This document shows, piece by piece, positions 1 to 8,542 of a stretch of DNA of 58,830 nt (position 1 is its first letter; every line of letters starts with the position of its first letter). The stretch covers positions 1-58,830 of the forward strand of contig JBDTSL010000005.1 of assembly GCA_039931165.1 (NCBI GenBank), in the 5' to 3' direction. Source of the DNA: Candidatus Doudnabacteria bacterium (GTDB taxonomy: Bacteria; Patescibacteriota; Doudnabacteria; UBA920; O2-02-FULL-48-8). The position numbers and the translations under genes are program-made. Below the pieces are notes generated by a model, which saw nothing but the letters and a program-made list of their open reading frames with translations, made no database searches and was not told the DNA's origin.

Positions 1-166
1 TCGCTTGGGCTTCAACCGGGCCGCAGGCATCGTTGACATTGATGGTAAGATTATAGAAAGTGTCCGCCTGGGTTAACGCGACAAATGATACTGACAGCAC
101 GGCAATCAATGCCAGGCCAACAGTTTTAGCAATTGCTGAATTACTGAGGTTTATTCCGTACTTCAT
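1..166 (-). CDS. Secreted protein, N-terminal fragment (runs off the window start)
   Basis: ATG at 166 preceded by gaaaggaa; translates to MKYGINLSNSAIAKTVGLALIAVLSVSFVALTQADTFYNLTINVNDACGPVEAQA, a signal-peptide-like start with no stop before position 1. Confidence 0.7.
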   Translation of the reverse strand, partial: MKYGINLSNSAIAKTVGLALIAVLSVSFVALTQADTFYNLTINVNDACGPVEAQA

Positions 167-215
167 AAAGTTCCTTTCGATAAATCGATTTAATCTGTTC
201 GTTTACTAACTTAGT

Positions 216-244
216 AGCTTAGCAGTACTTGCGGATTTTGTCAA
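216..244 (-). promoter_or_regulatory. Sigma70 promoter for the leftward secreted-protein gene
   Basis: TTGACA-17 nt-TAAGCT on the minus strand. Confidence 0.55.
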
Positions 245-325
245 TAGGCATCCGTTTATGGCAGGCCAAAAGGGCATCTAAATAAGCCAAAAATAGCCTA
301 TTATAGGGCCTATTATGCTCAACTA

Positions 326-354
326 TTGACAAAATCGTCGATTAAGAGTATAAT
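326..354 (+). promoter_or_regulatory. Perfect-consensus sigma70 promoter
   Basis: TTGACA (326-331)-17 nt-TATAAT (349-354), upstream of CDS 468. Confidence 0.8.
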
Positions 355-467
355 GACTAGTTCTGCTCTGCCTCAGCTGAGTTCAGGGTTAGGAACATCG
401 CAACACCGCACATAATACAGCTGGCCTAACGAAGTCTTAGTCCGGCGCCCCAAGGAGGGGTTTCAAA

Positions 468-1724
468 ATGCGTAAATTAGTATTGTCGGTCGTATTCATG
501 TTGACGTCGGTCGGCATCGCTTCGGCGCAAACGCCCGTTGACAGTTGGAAGACTGCGGCGGAATGCGTAGCGGCGCCCGAGGCGCCCTTCTACAGGCCCT
601 CGGTCGTAACTCCCCGCAGGCTCGGCAAAAACGAGATCATCCGCGGGCACCCGACGGGCGGGTGCTTCGAGATGAAGCTGCCGGACCGGATGAACAAACG
701 CGGGTTCGTTCGGATTGAACAAGGACGGGAATTCGTCTACAACTTCACGACGCGGAAAATTCTCCGCCTCGCTGAATGCAACAACGATGTTTTTGAATTC
801 TCTCCCTTCCTCACCAAAGAGGTCGCTCCTGCTCCCGCAATAAAGGGAGACAAGGGGGACACTGGCAAGCAGGGAGACAAAGGCGATAAGGGCGACAAGG
901 GCGAACCGGGTGCTCCGGCAATCCCAACCACCGTTAGCGACGAAACGTCTCCCGCTACGACCAAGCCAATCGTAGGGGTTGGCATCGGGTACGTGTTCGG
1001 GTCCGTCAATACGGACTTCACCTACCCTGACCCCAAGCGCGGCGATGTGCCCCAAAAGCACAAGTTCGCCGCTCCCGTTCTCACCGTACGAGTGGATCAG
1101 TCGGCTCACAAGGGAGCATTCGGCTCCGTGACTGCCTCCTTCCTCGGTAATACCTCGGACCAGCTGTACCAGGACCTGCAAGGGAACTGGCTCAGCAAGA
1201 AGCGCGATTCGGATACCAGCCGCGACAAACTGCTCCAGATCCGCGGCGGATATAAGCTCGCTGTCGGAGATGTGCTCAGCATCGGAGTCTCGCTTGACTT
1301 CGACCGGACGTGCTTCTGCGAAACATACTTCGCGCAGAACACGACCACCGTCACCGAAAGGTCTTTCCAGACCTATGGGGTTGGGGTCGAAGCTTCTGGT
1401 TCGACCAAGAGCGACGACCACCGGCTCACTGTTCGAGCTGGCGGAACACTAGGACTCGGTGGCTCACGAGACAAATGGACCACCCAGCACTACAACGGCG
1501 ACACCAAAACGCCGGCAATTGACTTCCCCAAGGTCACAGACGAGCAGGAGCAAGCCAAGCTCAATCGTCTCGGTGCCGACGTGGACGTTCAGGCGATCGG
1601 TCGTGTCCACGTTTTCGCAAACGTGTCGTGGTCGCACTACAAGTCAGTGCGTCCGACCTCCCACACAGCCCATGAATCGACGTCATCGATGGCGACAATC
1701 GTGGGTGTCAAGGTGAGCTTCTAG
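468..1724 (+). CDS. Secreted protein with a collagen-like G-X-Y linker and a C-terminal beta-barrel-like domain
   Basis: RBS aaggagggg; signal peptide ending ASA; GDKGDTGKQGDKGDKGDKGEPGAP; about 10 amphipathic strands; ends VGVKVSF. Confidence 0.8.
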   Translation: MRKLVLSVVFMLTSVGIASAQTPVDSWKTAAECVAAPEAPFYRPSVVTPRRLGKNEIIRGHPTGGCFEMKLPDRMNKRGFVRIEQGREFVYNFTTRKILRLAECNNDVFEFSPFLTKEVAPAPAIKGDKGDTGKQGDKGDKGDKGEPGAPAIPTTVSDETSPATTKPIVGVGIGYVFGSVNTDFTYPDPKRGDVPQKHKFAAPVLTVRVDQSAHKGAFGSVTASFLGNTSDQLYQDLQGNWLSKKRDSDTSRDKLLQIRGGYKLAVGDVLSIGVSLDFDRTCFCETYFAQNTTTVTERSFQTYGVGVEASGSTKSDDHRLTVRAGGTLGLGGSRDKWTTQHYNGDTKTPAIDFPKVTDEQEQAKLNRLGADVDVQAIGRVHVFANVSWSHYKSVRPTSHTAHESTSSMATIVGVKVSF

Positions 1725-1744
1725 CTCACCTACGCATACAACAA

Positions 1745-1780
1745 AGGCGGATTCCACTCAGTGGAATCCGCCTATTTTTT
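1745..1780 (+). terminator. Rho-independent terminator
   Basis: aggcggattccac-tca-gtggaatccgcct followed by a T run. Confidence 0.85.
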
Positions 1781-1805
1781 ATGCTTATTATTACTATTTA
1801 TTTCT

Positions 1806-2930
1806 TTACAGCCCTACCTGCACAGCCGATACAACTATCCGGTTGGTCGATGTGCCGATCGGCCAGCAGGTGGAAAGATTCAGCAGGTTGGTTGAGCCGG
1901 ATACGAACTGGGCCTGGTCATCGGGCTTATAAATATTGTTGCCTGTGACCTGATAGCGGTAATTATAGACTTTGCCGTCCACGCTGTAGACGTCGACAAA
2001 TACATCGTCGCCGGGTTTGAGATAATTGATCTTGGCGAAAATGCTCTGCATCGGATCGCGTTTCCAGATATAATCCGAAGAATGCCCGGAAACATAGATC
2101 GTACCGACTTCTCCTGGCAAAGCGGTTCCCGGGTAATGGATCACGCCCTTCGTCAGATCGGCTTCAAACTCAGCCGGGTCCTGGGACCAGATCAAAGGAA
2201 CGGTCAGGTTCAGCCGTGGAATAGACAGGCGGCCTGGTTTGGTGTAATCAATGTTGCCGGAGTTGGGCGCTATAACCAATCTCGAATTGTCAGGCAGGGC
2301 ATTGTAGCTGATCCGGTTATTGATCGTGTTCATATCCAGTTTCGGGATATTTTGCTTTTGCGCTTCCGACATCGGTCCCGAGCCCCACAAATTCAATCCA
2401 TTGATGACTTTCTCGCCGTCGGTCATGCCGCTTCCGGAAGAATCCGCGACCATGGGGTTCGTGTGCAAAATAAACTCGTCCATATTGGACAGCCCGTCTT
2501 TATCCATGTCATTATTCGGGTCAAGCAGTTTTCGATCGGAAACAGCGTAAAAATATCCGCTGATCCATGTGTTGTACGGCTGGAGCTGATCACCCAAAAT
2601 TTGCTGGTCTTGAGGCTTGGCAAAGAATCCCTGGAGCTGGGCGGACATTGAGGAAAAATTAAGCGCTATATAAAAGAAAACAAAAGCGCCGATGAAAATG
2701 GCCGAATAAATAAGAATACTTTTTAGGCTGAAACCGATCTTTTGGATCAGGCCTGGTTTTGCCATGAAATTATTGGCCATATTGGTTCTGCCAGGAATAG
2801 CGTGAATAACAGGCTTATGCTGATCAATCAAAATAGGCAAGTCTTCAGGGACGCCACTAAAATGCGGCGAATCGGACGGATCGCCCAGTTTCAGCAACCT
2901 ATGAATTTCTGATGTATTATCTATTATCAT
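1806..2930 (-). CDS. Sortase-family protein with an N-terminal TM and a TSP3-like Ca-binding insert
   Basis: GHSS, LSTCWP and downstream R (His/Cys/Arg triad); DMDKDGLSNMDE...D repeat; one TM helix. Confidence 0.85.
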   Translation of the reverse strand: MIIDNTSEIHRLLKLGDPSDSPHFSGVPEDLPILIDQHKPVIHAIPGRTNMANNFMAKPGLIQKIGFSLKSILIYSAIFIGAFVFFYIALNFSSMSAQLQGFFAKPQDQQILGDQLQPYNTWISGYFYAVSDRKLLDPNNDMDKDGLSNMDEFILHTNPMVADSSGSGMTDGEKVINGLNLWGSGPMSEAQKQNIPKLDMNTINNRISYNALPDNSRLVIAPNSGNIDYTKPGRLSIPRLNLTVPLIWSQDPAEFEADLTKGVIHYPGTALPGEVGTIYVSGHSSDYIWKRDPMQSIFAKINYLKPGDDVFVDVYSVDGKVYNYRYQVTGNNIYKPDDQAQFVSGSTNLLNLSTCWPIGTSTNRIVVSAVQVGL

Positions 2931-3029
2931 AACTAGCTATCTTAGCACAAAATGGCGCTATTGTCAAGGCCTTTGCCAAGAAAAAACCAGTAGTTTACAC
3001 TAATATAGTAAGGATGGCCTAAACTCTCC

Positions 3030-4205
3030 ATGAAATTAAACTATTATCTGTTTGCTTCGGAGCAAAATAGCTATAAACCCTGGATTTTGACAACCCCGGC
3101 CTTGGTGCTTTTTTGCTTCGTCATCTGGGCCTTGCGCTTGCTTTTGCCCGGTATTTCAATCGCGGCTCCCGGGATAGATCCGCAGGATCTGATGACGAGG
3201 ATCAATGCCGAGAGGACCCAAAGATTTATTCCCGCGCTTATCACCTACAGTAAATTAATTACGGCCGCGACAGGCAAGGCTCAGGACATGATGGCGCGAA
3301 GTTACTTTGCCCACGTCGATCCGGACGGAAATTACGTATGGCCGCGGATCGAGGCTACCGGTTATAAACCTTATCTGACCTTGGGAGAAAATCTGGCAAT
3401 GGATTTTACTTCGGCGTCCGAAATGATGGCCGCGTGGATGAACAGCCCGGGGCACAGGGCGAATATCGAAAATGAAAAATTTGTAGACCAGGGGGTGTCC
3501 ACCATCTCCGGCACGTTTGAGCCGAACCACAATACGATCATCGCCGTCAGCCTTTTCGGCGCGCTTTATAATCCACCGCCGTCTCCGGTTGCCAAAACTT
3601 ACCCGACTCCGGTATATCAAACTCCCAAAATCATCAAACCTAAGCCAACGCCGGCGCTTCCGCCCGCTCCGGCTCCGCCCGAAAAATCAAGTTTAATTAT
3701 TTTCCCGGATATCAAAGTCAACACGACTGTCGTTTCCGGCAAAATATTGGTCAACTTGGATGTGGTCATCGGCGGAAATCCCTCGCTCGTTACATCCCGC
3801 CTCAAAACTCAATCCATAACCTTGGTTGCCGGCAAGCAGCCGGGAGAATTCGTCGGCTCTTTCACCTTTGACCAAACCGAGATCCTGGGCAGCCAGACGG
3901 TTTCGATCGAAGCCCGAGACAAAACCGGAGCCAAACTCGCGCAAGACTTCCGGATACGGATCGATGTTCCGGCTTTATCAGGAGCCGCGCAAGATTCGCT
4001 GGTTCCTATTCCCGTAACCAATGAAGCTGCGATTATCAAGGTGCTGAGGATCATATTCGGGATATTCGGGGCGATCTATGTCATTTTCCTGGTGATTGAC
4101 GCGGTTATCATCCACCGGGCGAAGATCAAAAGGACGGGAATTCATTCCTGGCCCCATCTTTTGGTTTTGTTGCTGATCGCCGCTATCACCCTGCTCGGCA
4201 GGTGA
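3030..4205 (+). CDS. CAP (SCP) domain protein with a Pro-rich linker and C-terminal TM helices
   Basis: INAER...KAQDM...YFAH...GENLA...WMNSPGHRANI. Confidence 0.9.
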   Translation: MKLNYYLFASEQNSYKPWILTTPALVLFCFVIWALRLLLPGISIAAPGIDPQDLMTRINAERTQRFIPALITYSKLITAATGKAQDMMARSYFAHVDPDGNYVWPRIEATGYKPYLTLGENLAMDFTSASEMMAAWMNSPGHRANIENEKFVDQGVSTISGTFEPNHNTIIAVSLFGALYNPPPSPVAKTYPTPVYQTPKIIKPKPTPALPPAPAPPEKSSLIIFPDIKVNTTVVSGKILVNLDVVIGGNPSLVTSRLKTQSITLVAGKQPGEFVGSFTFDQTEILGSQTVSIEARDKTGAKLAQDFRIRIDVPALSGAAQDSLVPIPVTNEAAIIKVLRIIFGIFGAIYVIFLVIDAVIIHRAKIKRTGIHSWPHLLVLLLIAAITLLGR

Positions 4206-4215
4206 TTTCCCTATA

Positions 4216-4337
4216 AGCGAGGATGCTGTACAAAAAAGAAATTGAGGCCGAAGCGGCTTAACCGCCGCGAGGCCGAAACTTAGGCAGAAATTTGCGTCCA
4301 GCAAATTTCTGCCGTCTTTTTTTGCGGCATCCGAGCG
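4216..4337. repeat. Palindromic element, family D (copy 1)
   Basis: Shares ttgaggccgaag and gccgtctttttttgcggYatccgag with 30661-30747; outer inverted repeat; lies between convergent genes. Confidence 0.75.
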
Positions 4338-4339
4338 AC

Positions 4340-5254
4340 CTATATCACTCGTTGGTTGAAATTATGTGTGGCTAATAAGATCGTGATCAGCAGCGCCATC
4401 ATCGCCAGGTATTCAAACACGACCACGCGCGATAGAGTTTTGTCCAGATGATTATGGAGCAGGCCCCAGAACATATTGTAAACCGCCAGCATCACCAGCC
4501 CGGCGGTAAAATATTCATAGTTCCAGAAACTATAGACCCAGAGCGATACGAGGCCCATGGCCAATGCGATGATCACGATCCAGATGAAAATCGAAAAGTT
4601 CAACAGATTGTGCTGGAACAATGCCTGGTAGATCAAAAGAAAGGTCACGGATGAAGCCGCGGTAAATAAAAAGAAAGCGTCATAGCCGAAATGTATGGTG
4701 ACCCCGACAATTGCGGAATAGATCAGAAATGCGGTAAATAATTTTACCACGGACAAGAGTCTGATCCAGTGGTGCAGGACTTCCATCCGCCGGCTGATCT
4801 GCTCTTTCATGAACCAATAGGCCACGGCTAAAGCAATGGTTGAAGACACAACCATAAACTGTTTTATGGTAATGTTGAATGGATTAAGCAAGATCAGCAC
4901 AACTGTTGACCAGTAGATCAATCCCGGCAAGACAAGATAATTTTGATAGTGCCGCAGATACTCCCATCGCCTGATGTGACTAAAGCGTTCTTTGAAAGCT
5001 TCCCAGACCATCTTGGCTCCTTTAAAGTTGACCGAAGCCTCTGCCAGCACTCCCCGCTTCTTCAAATGCAGATCAAATATGAATGTCAGCCAAAAAATAT
5101 GGAACGCGTAAACATAAAATGACAACAAAACGGCAATTTTAAGCTGATAAATGCCAGTGATATAGCTGACAGCTTCGAAACCCAAAAGCGCTCCAAAAGT
5201 GGCTATCGAAGCTGAAAGATATTTTTGGTGTTGTTCGCCGATCAAAGGTCTCAT
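4340..5254 (-). CDS. Polytopic membrane protein (DUF5656-like C-terminus, tentative)
   Basis: 304 aa with many hydrophobic helices; C-terminal half resembles 11595-12302. Confidence 0.7.
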   Translation of the reverse strand: MRPLIGEQHQKYLSASIATFGALLGFEAVSYITGIYQLKIAVLLSFYVYAFHIFWLTFIFDLHLKKRGVLAEASVNFKGAKMVWEAFKERFSHIRRWEYLRHYQNYLVLPGLIYWSTVVLILLNPFNITIKQFMVVSSTIALAVAYWFMKEQISRRMEVLHHWIRLLSVVKLFTAFLIYSAIVGVTIHFGYDAFFLFTAASSVTFLLIYQALFQHNLLNFSIFIWIVIIALAMGLVSLWVYSFWNYEYFTAGLVMLAVYNMFWGLLHNHLDKTLSRVVVFEYLAMMALLITILLATHNFNQRVI

Positions 5255-5259
5255 GATAT

Positions 5260-5336
5260 CGCATTTGCGAGGAGCGTTAGCGACGAAGCAATCTTAGATA
5301 AGATCGCCACACCTGCTTCGTAGGCTCGCGAATTCG
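5260..5336. repeat. REP-like palindrome, family A (copy 1)
   Basis: cgcatttgcgaggagcgttagcgacgaagcaatct...agatcgccac...gctcgcgaattcg. Confidence 0.85.
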
Positions 5337-5340
5337 TTAA

Positions 5341-6102
5341 TTATTTTTCAAATTTTAGCAAATTCTTTTCATTCCGTTTCCCCAAGGCTTTGCGGGCCCA
5401 AAAAACCCCTGACCTGTAGAGACTTTCAAATGTTCCGGCGTCGGACCAGAATCCTTCAAGCCTAGCCCAGCGCATTTTTCCGTCTTCAATATATAGATTG
5501 TTGACATCCGTTATTTCCAGTTGGCCACGGCCGGATGGTTTGATTTTTTTTATGAGCTTGAAAACTTTGTTGTCAAAGATATAAAGCCCGGTCACGGCCA
5601 GGTTGCTTTTTGGCTTCTTGGGTTTTTCCTCAATACCTAAAATCCTGTTCGGATCGGTCTTATCCAACTTCGCTATGCCGAACCGATGAGGATCTTCCAC
5701 TTCCTTAAGAAACACCAGAGCTCCGTCTTTGAAATTTTGTACTTCTTTGCGGATGTTTGCATCAGTGCAATTATCCCCCAAAATAACCGTGACCGGTCCA
5801 TTATCGGCAAAACTTTCCGTAAGCCTCAGCGCGTCCGCGATACCGGCATCCCCAGAATCCTGATAGGCAAACTCCAGATGTTTGATCCCGAATTCCTTGC
5901 CATTTCTCAAAACCCGGATAAAATCTCCGGCATGCGGACCGCCGACCACGACCATGATGTTCGTGATCCCGGCCCGCAGCAGCGTGCGGATAGGATAATA
6001 AATCATCGGTTTATCGTAAACCGGCAATAAATGCTTGTTTGTGGCATGGGTCAAAGGATATAGCCTTGTTCCCAAGCCGCCCGCTAAAATAATGCCTTTC
6101 AT
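5341..6102 (-). CDS. rfbA: Glucose-1-phosphate thymidylyltransferase (short form)
   Basis: ILAGGLGTRLYPLT...KHLLPVYDKPMI; last gene of the rml cluster. Confidence 0.9.
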   Translation of the reverse strand: MKGIILAGGLGTRLYPLTHATNKHLLPVYDKPMIYYPIRTLLRAGITNIMVVVGGPHAGDFIRVLRNGKEFGIKHLEFAYQDSGDAGIADALRLTESFADNGPVTVILGDNCTDANIRKEVQNFKDGALVFLKEVEDPHRFGIAKLDKTDPNRILGIEEKPKKPKSNLAVTGLYIFDNKVFKLIKKIKPSGRGQLEITDVNNLYIEDGKMRWARLEGFWSDAGTFESLYRSGVFWARKALGKRNEKNLLKFEK

Positions 6103-6106
6103 AATT

Positions 6107-6934
6107 CTACCCTAAGTATTCTTTCAATGCTTCGGTCCAAGGCCTCAGCTGGATGAATTTATTGTTATTTAAAACCCCGTACTGGGGCCTGGCGGCTTTG
6201 CGAGGGAATTTGTCCCGTGATATGGCTGTTAATGTTACTTTCACATTCTTGATCTGAAATATTTCGTTCGCCCACTGATACCAGCTCGTCTGGCCGGCGT
6301 TAGTCAGATGATAAATTCCGAATGGTTTTTTTTCTTCAAGCAATGCTCTTGTGGATTGTGCCAGATCCAGGCAATATGTCGGCTGGGCAAATTCATCTTT
6401 GATCGCTTCGATGGCTTTGCCTTCATCAGCCTTCTTCAGCATCATGGCCACAAAGCTGGTTTTTCCATGACTTCCCGGCTTGCCATAAAGCCACGCCGTC
6501 CGGATGATATAAAACTTGTCGGTTTTCCCCTGAACCTCATTTTCACCTAAGATCTTTGATTTGCCGTATATTGAACGCGCGTTCGGCAGATCATCTTCAT
6601 TATATCCCTCTTGGTTCGTTCCATCAAAAACATAATGCGTGCTGAAATGGACAAAAACCGCGCCCACCTCAGATGCTGCTTTAGCCAAATAACCGGGCGC
6701 ATAGCCATTTACGGATTCGGCAAGCTCCCTTTCCTCTTCAGCCTTATCCACCGCGTTATATGCGGCGCAATTAATAACCAAACCGGGCTTCAATTCGGCA
6801 ATTTTTTTACTGACCACTTCTTCGTCGGTGATGTCAAGATCGAATTTGCCCCAGCCGACGACTTCCTGGTCTTTGTAAAGATCAAGGAAAGCCTCCCCCA
6901 AACTTCCTTTGGCTCCCAAAATCAAAATTTTCAT
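6107..6934 (-). CDS. rfbD: dTDP-4-dehydrorhamnose reductase
   Basis: GAKGSLG, NCAAYNAVDKAE, YGKSK. Confidence 0.93.
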   Translation of the reverse strand: MKILILGAKGSLGEAFLDLYKDQEVVGWGKFDLDITDEEVVSKKIAELKPGLVINCAAYNAVDKAEEERELAESVNGYAPGYLAKAASEVGAVFVHFSTHYVFDGTNQEGYNEDDLPNARSIYGKSKILGENEVQGKTDKFYIIRTAWLYGKPGSHGKTSFVAMMLKKADEGKAIEAIKDEFAQPTYCLDLAQSTRALLEEKKPFGIYHLTNAGQTSWYQWANEIFQIKNVKVTLTAISRDKFPRKAARPQYGVLNNNKFIQLRPWTEALKEYLG

Positions 6935-7488
6935 AAAGGTTTAACATCTTTCAGCATAGGGTGTTTCATGTCATTATCTGAAATGATGGCTTTATCCAAA
7001 GCAATGGGCCACTCAACCGACAGATCCGTATCCGCCAGATTCACGAATTTATATTCCGACAACTTTTCCGCGGACCAAAAATCATTTACCAAATAAGAAT
7101 AATAAGTTCCCTCCTCCAAGGTCTGGAAAGAATTTGCGACACCCCGGGGAACAAACGCGGTTTTGTTCTCGTCAATCGTCATTTCAACTTTTTTGCCGAA
7201 ATTGCCGCCCTTCCGCAGATCCACAAACACGGCAAATATCCGGCCGGTAATTATTCCGATATATTTCTCCCACGGTTCCGCGTGAAATCCGCGGGTAACG
7301 CCGACAGCCCTGTTGAAAGAAACGCTGTGCTGGACCGGCACAAAACCATTTGGAAATCCTGCGGCAACCAATTTTTCCCTCTGGTATTTTTCCTGAAACC
7401 AACCCCTAGAGTCTTCTATCATATTGACATCAATCTCCAAAAGTCCGGGAATTGCGGTATTGTTGATTTTAAATTCAGTGGTTTGCAT
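6931..7488 (-). CDS. rfbC: dTDP-4-dehydrorhamnose 3,5-epimerase
   Basis: DSRGWFQE, TRGFHAEPW, GVANSFQTL. Confidence 0.93.
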   Translation of the reverse strand: MQTTEFKINNTAIPGLLEIDVNMIEDSRGWFQEKYQREKLVAAGFPNGFVPVQHSVSFNRAVGVTRGFHAEPWEKYIGIITGRIFAVFVDLRKGGNFGKKVEMTIDENKTAFVPRGVANSFQTLEEGTYYSYLVNDFWSAEKLSEYKFVNLADTDLSVEWPIALDKAIISDNDMKHPMLKDVKPL

Positions 7489-7493
7489 AGGTT

Positions 7494-7556
7494 AGATTGC
7501 TTCGTCGGCTTCGCCTCCTCGCAAATGCGCATCTGCGAGCGAAGCGAAGCAGTCTA
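7494..7556. repeat. REP-like palindrome, family A (copy 2, two half-units)
   Basis: agattgcttcgtcggcttcgcctcctcgcaaatgcg followed by catctgcgagcgaagcgaagcagtcta, between rfbB and rfbC. Confidence 0.8.
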
Positions 7557-7564
7557 TCTAAGAT

Positions 7565-8542
7565 TTATATTGCGTCTGGTAATAATTTTTTCCACCAGGA
7601 TTCGTTTTTTTGATACCAGTCTATCGTATCTTTGATCCCTTTTTCAAAATCGATCTCCGGTTTCCAGCCAAGGTCTTTCTTGATTTTTGAACAATCGAGC
7701 AAATATCTTTTATCATGCTGGAGCCTGTCTGGAACATAAGTTTTTAAATTTTTATCTTCCCCCAGAATATCCAATATTTTATCGGCAATTTCTTCCACGG
7801 ATTTCTCAACTCCACTGCCAATATTATAGGATTCTCCGACCTTGCCTTTCTGCAAAATCAGATCAATTGCCGCGCAATGATCTTGAACATGCAGCCATTC
7901 ACGTTTATTCTGGCTGGTCTTAAACAAAGGCAAAGATTTGTTCTGGAGTGCATTTGTCGCAAACAGTGGGATTATTTTTTCCGGAAACTGGTAGGGGCCA
8001 TAATTGTTGCTGCAATGACTGATCGTAACAGGTAACTTATATGTATGGAAATAAGCCATTACCTCGTGATTTGCCCCGGCCTTAGAAGCGTTATAAGGGG
8101 TTTTGGGCAAGAACGGATCGGTTTCCTTGAATGCCCTGGTTTCGTCTAATTCCAGATCGCCGAATACCTCACATGTTGAAATATGATGAAAACGCTTAAC
8201 TTTAGCTTGCCTGGCCGCTTCCAAAAGAATCTGTGTCCCCAAAACATTAGTACGGACAAAAATTCCAGGATCCTCAATAGCCCGATCATTATGCGATTCC
8301 GCGGCAAAATTTACTACAACATCAACATCCTTCATTAGGTCTTTGGCCAAATTCAAATCACCTATGTCCCCTTTTATGAATTTATAGCGCGGATTTTGTT
8401 CATACAGTTTTACATTTTCCAGGTTGCCGGCATAGGTCAATTTGTCCAAATTTACAATTTCGCAATCAGGATATTTTTCAAAAAGAAAATGGATAAAATT
8501 GGAGCCAATAAACCCAGCCCCGCCGGTGATAAGATATTTCAT
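7565..8542 (-). CDS. rfbB: dTDP-glucose 4,6-dehydratase
   Basis: TGGAGFIGSNF, LDKLTYAGN, FAAESH, YNASK, REWLHVQDH. Confidence 0.93.
   Translation of the reverse strand: MKYLITGGAGFIGSNFIHFLFEKYPDCEIVNLDKLTYAGNLENVKLYEQNPRYKFIKGDIGDLNLAKDLMKDVDVVVNFAAESHNDRAIEDPGIFVRTNVLGTQILLEAARQAKVKRFHHISTCEVFGDLELDETRAFKETDPFLPKTPYNASKAGANHEVMAYFHTYKLPVTISHCSNNYGPYQFPEKIIPLFATNALQNKSLPLFKTSQNKREWLHVQDHCAAIDLILQKGKVGESYNIGSGVEKSVEEIADKILDILGEDKNLKTYVPDRLQHDKRYLLDCSKIKKDLGWKPEIDFEKGIKDTIDWYQKNESWWKKLLPDAI

Noticed and set aside
355-467. Riboswitch in the ~110-nt leader of the collagen/barrel gene
   Set aside because: No recognisable aptamer consensus or terminator/antiterminator pair
477-1421. 314-aa antisense ORF
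   Set aside because: Shadow of the GC-rich plus-strand gene, which has the promoter, RBS, signal peptide and terminator
1711-1731. 9-bp hairpin over the stop codon of CDS 468-1724 as an attC-like cassette end
   Set aside because: No R/L box pattern, and no second cassette or integron integrase nearby
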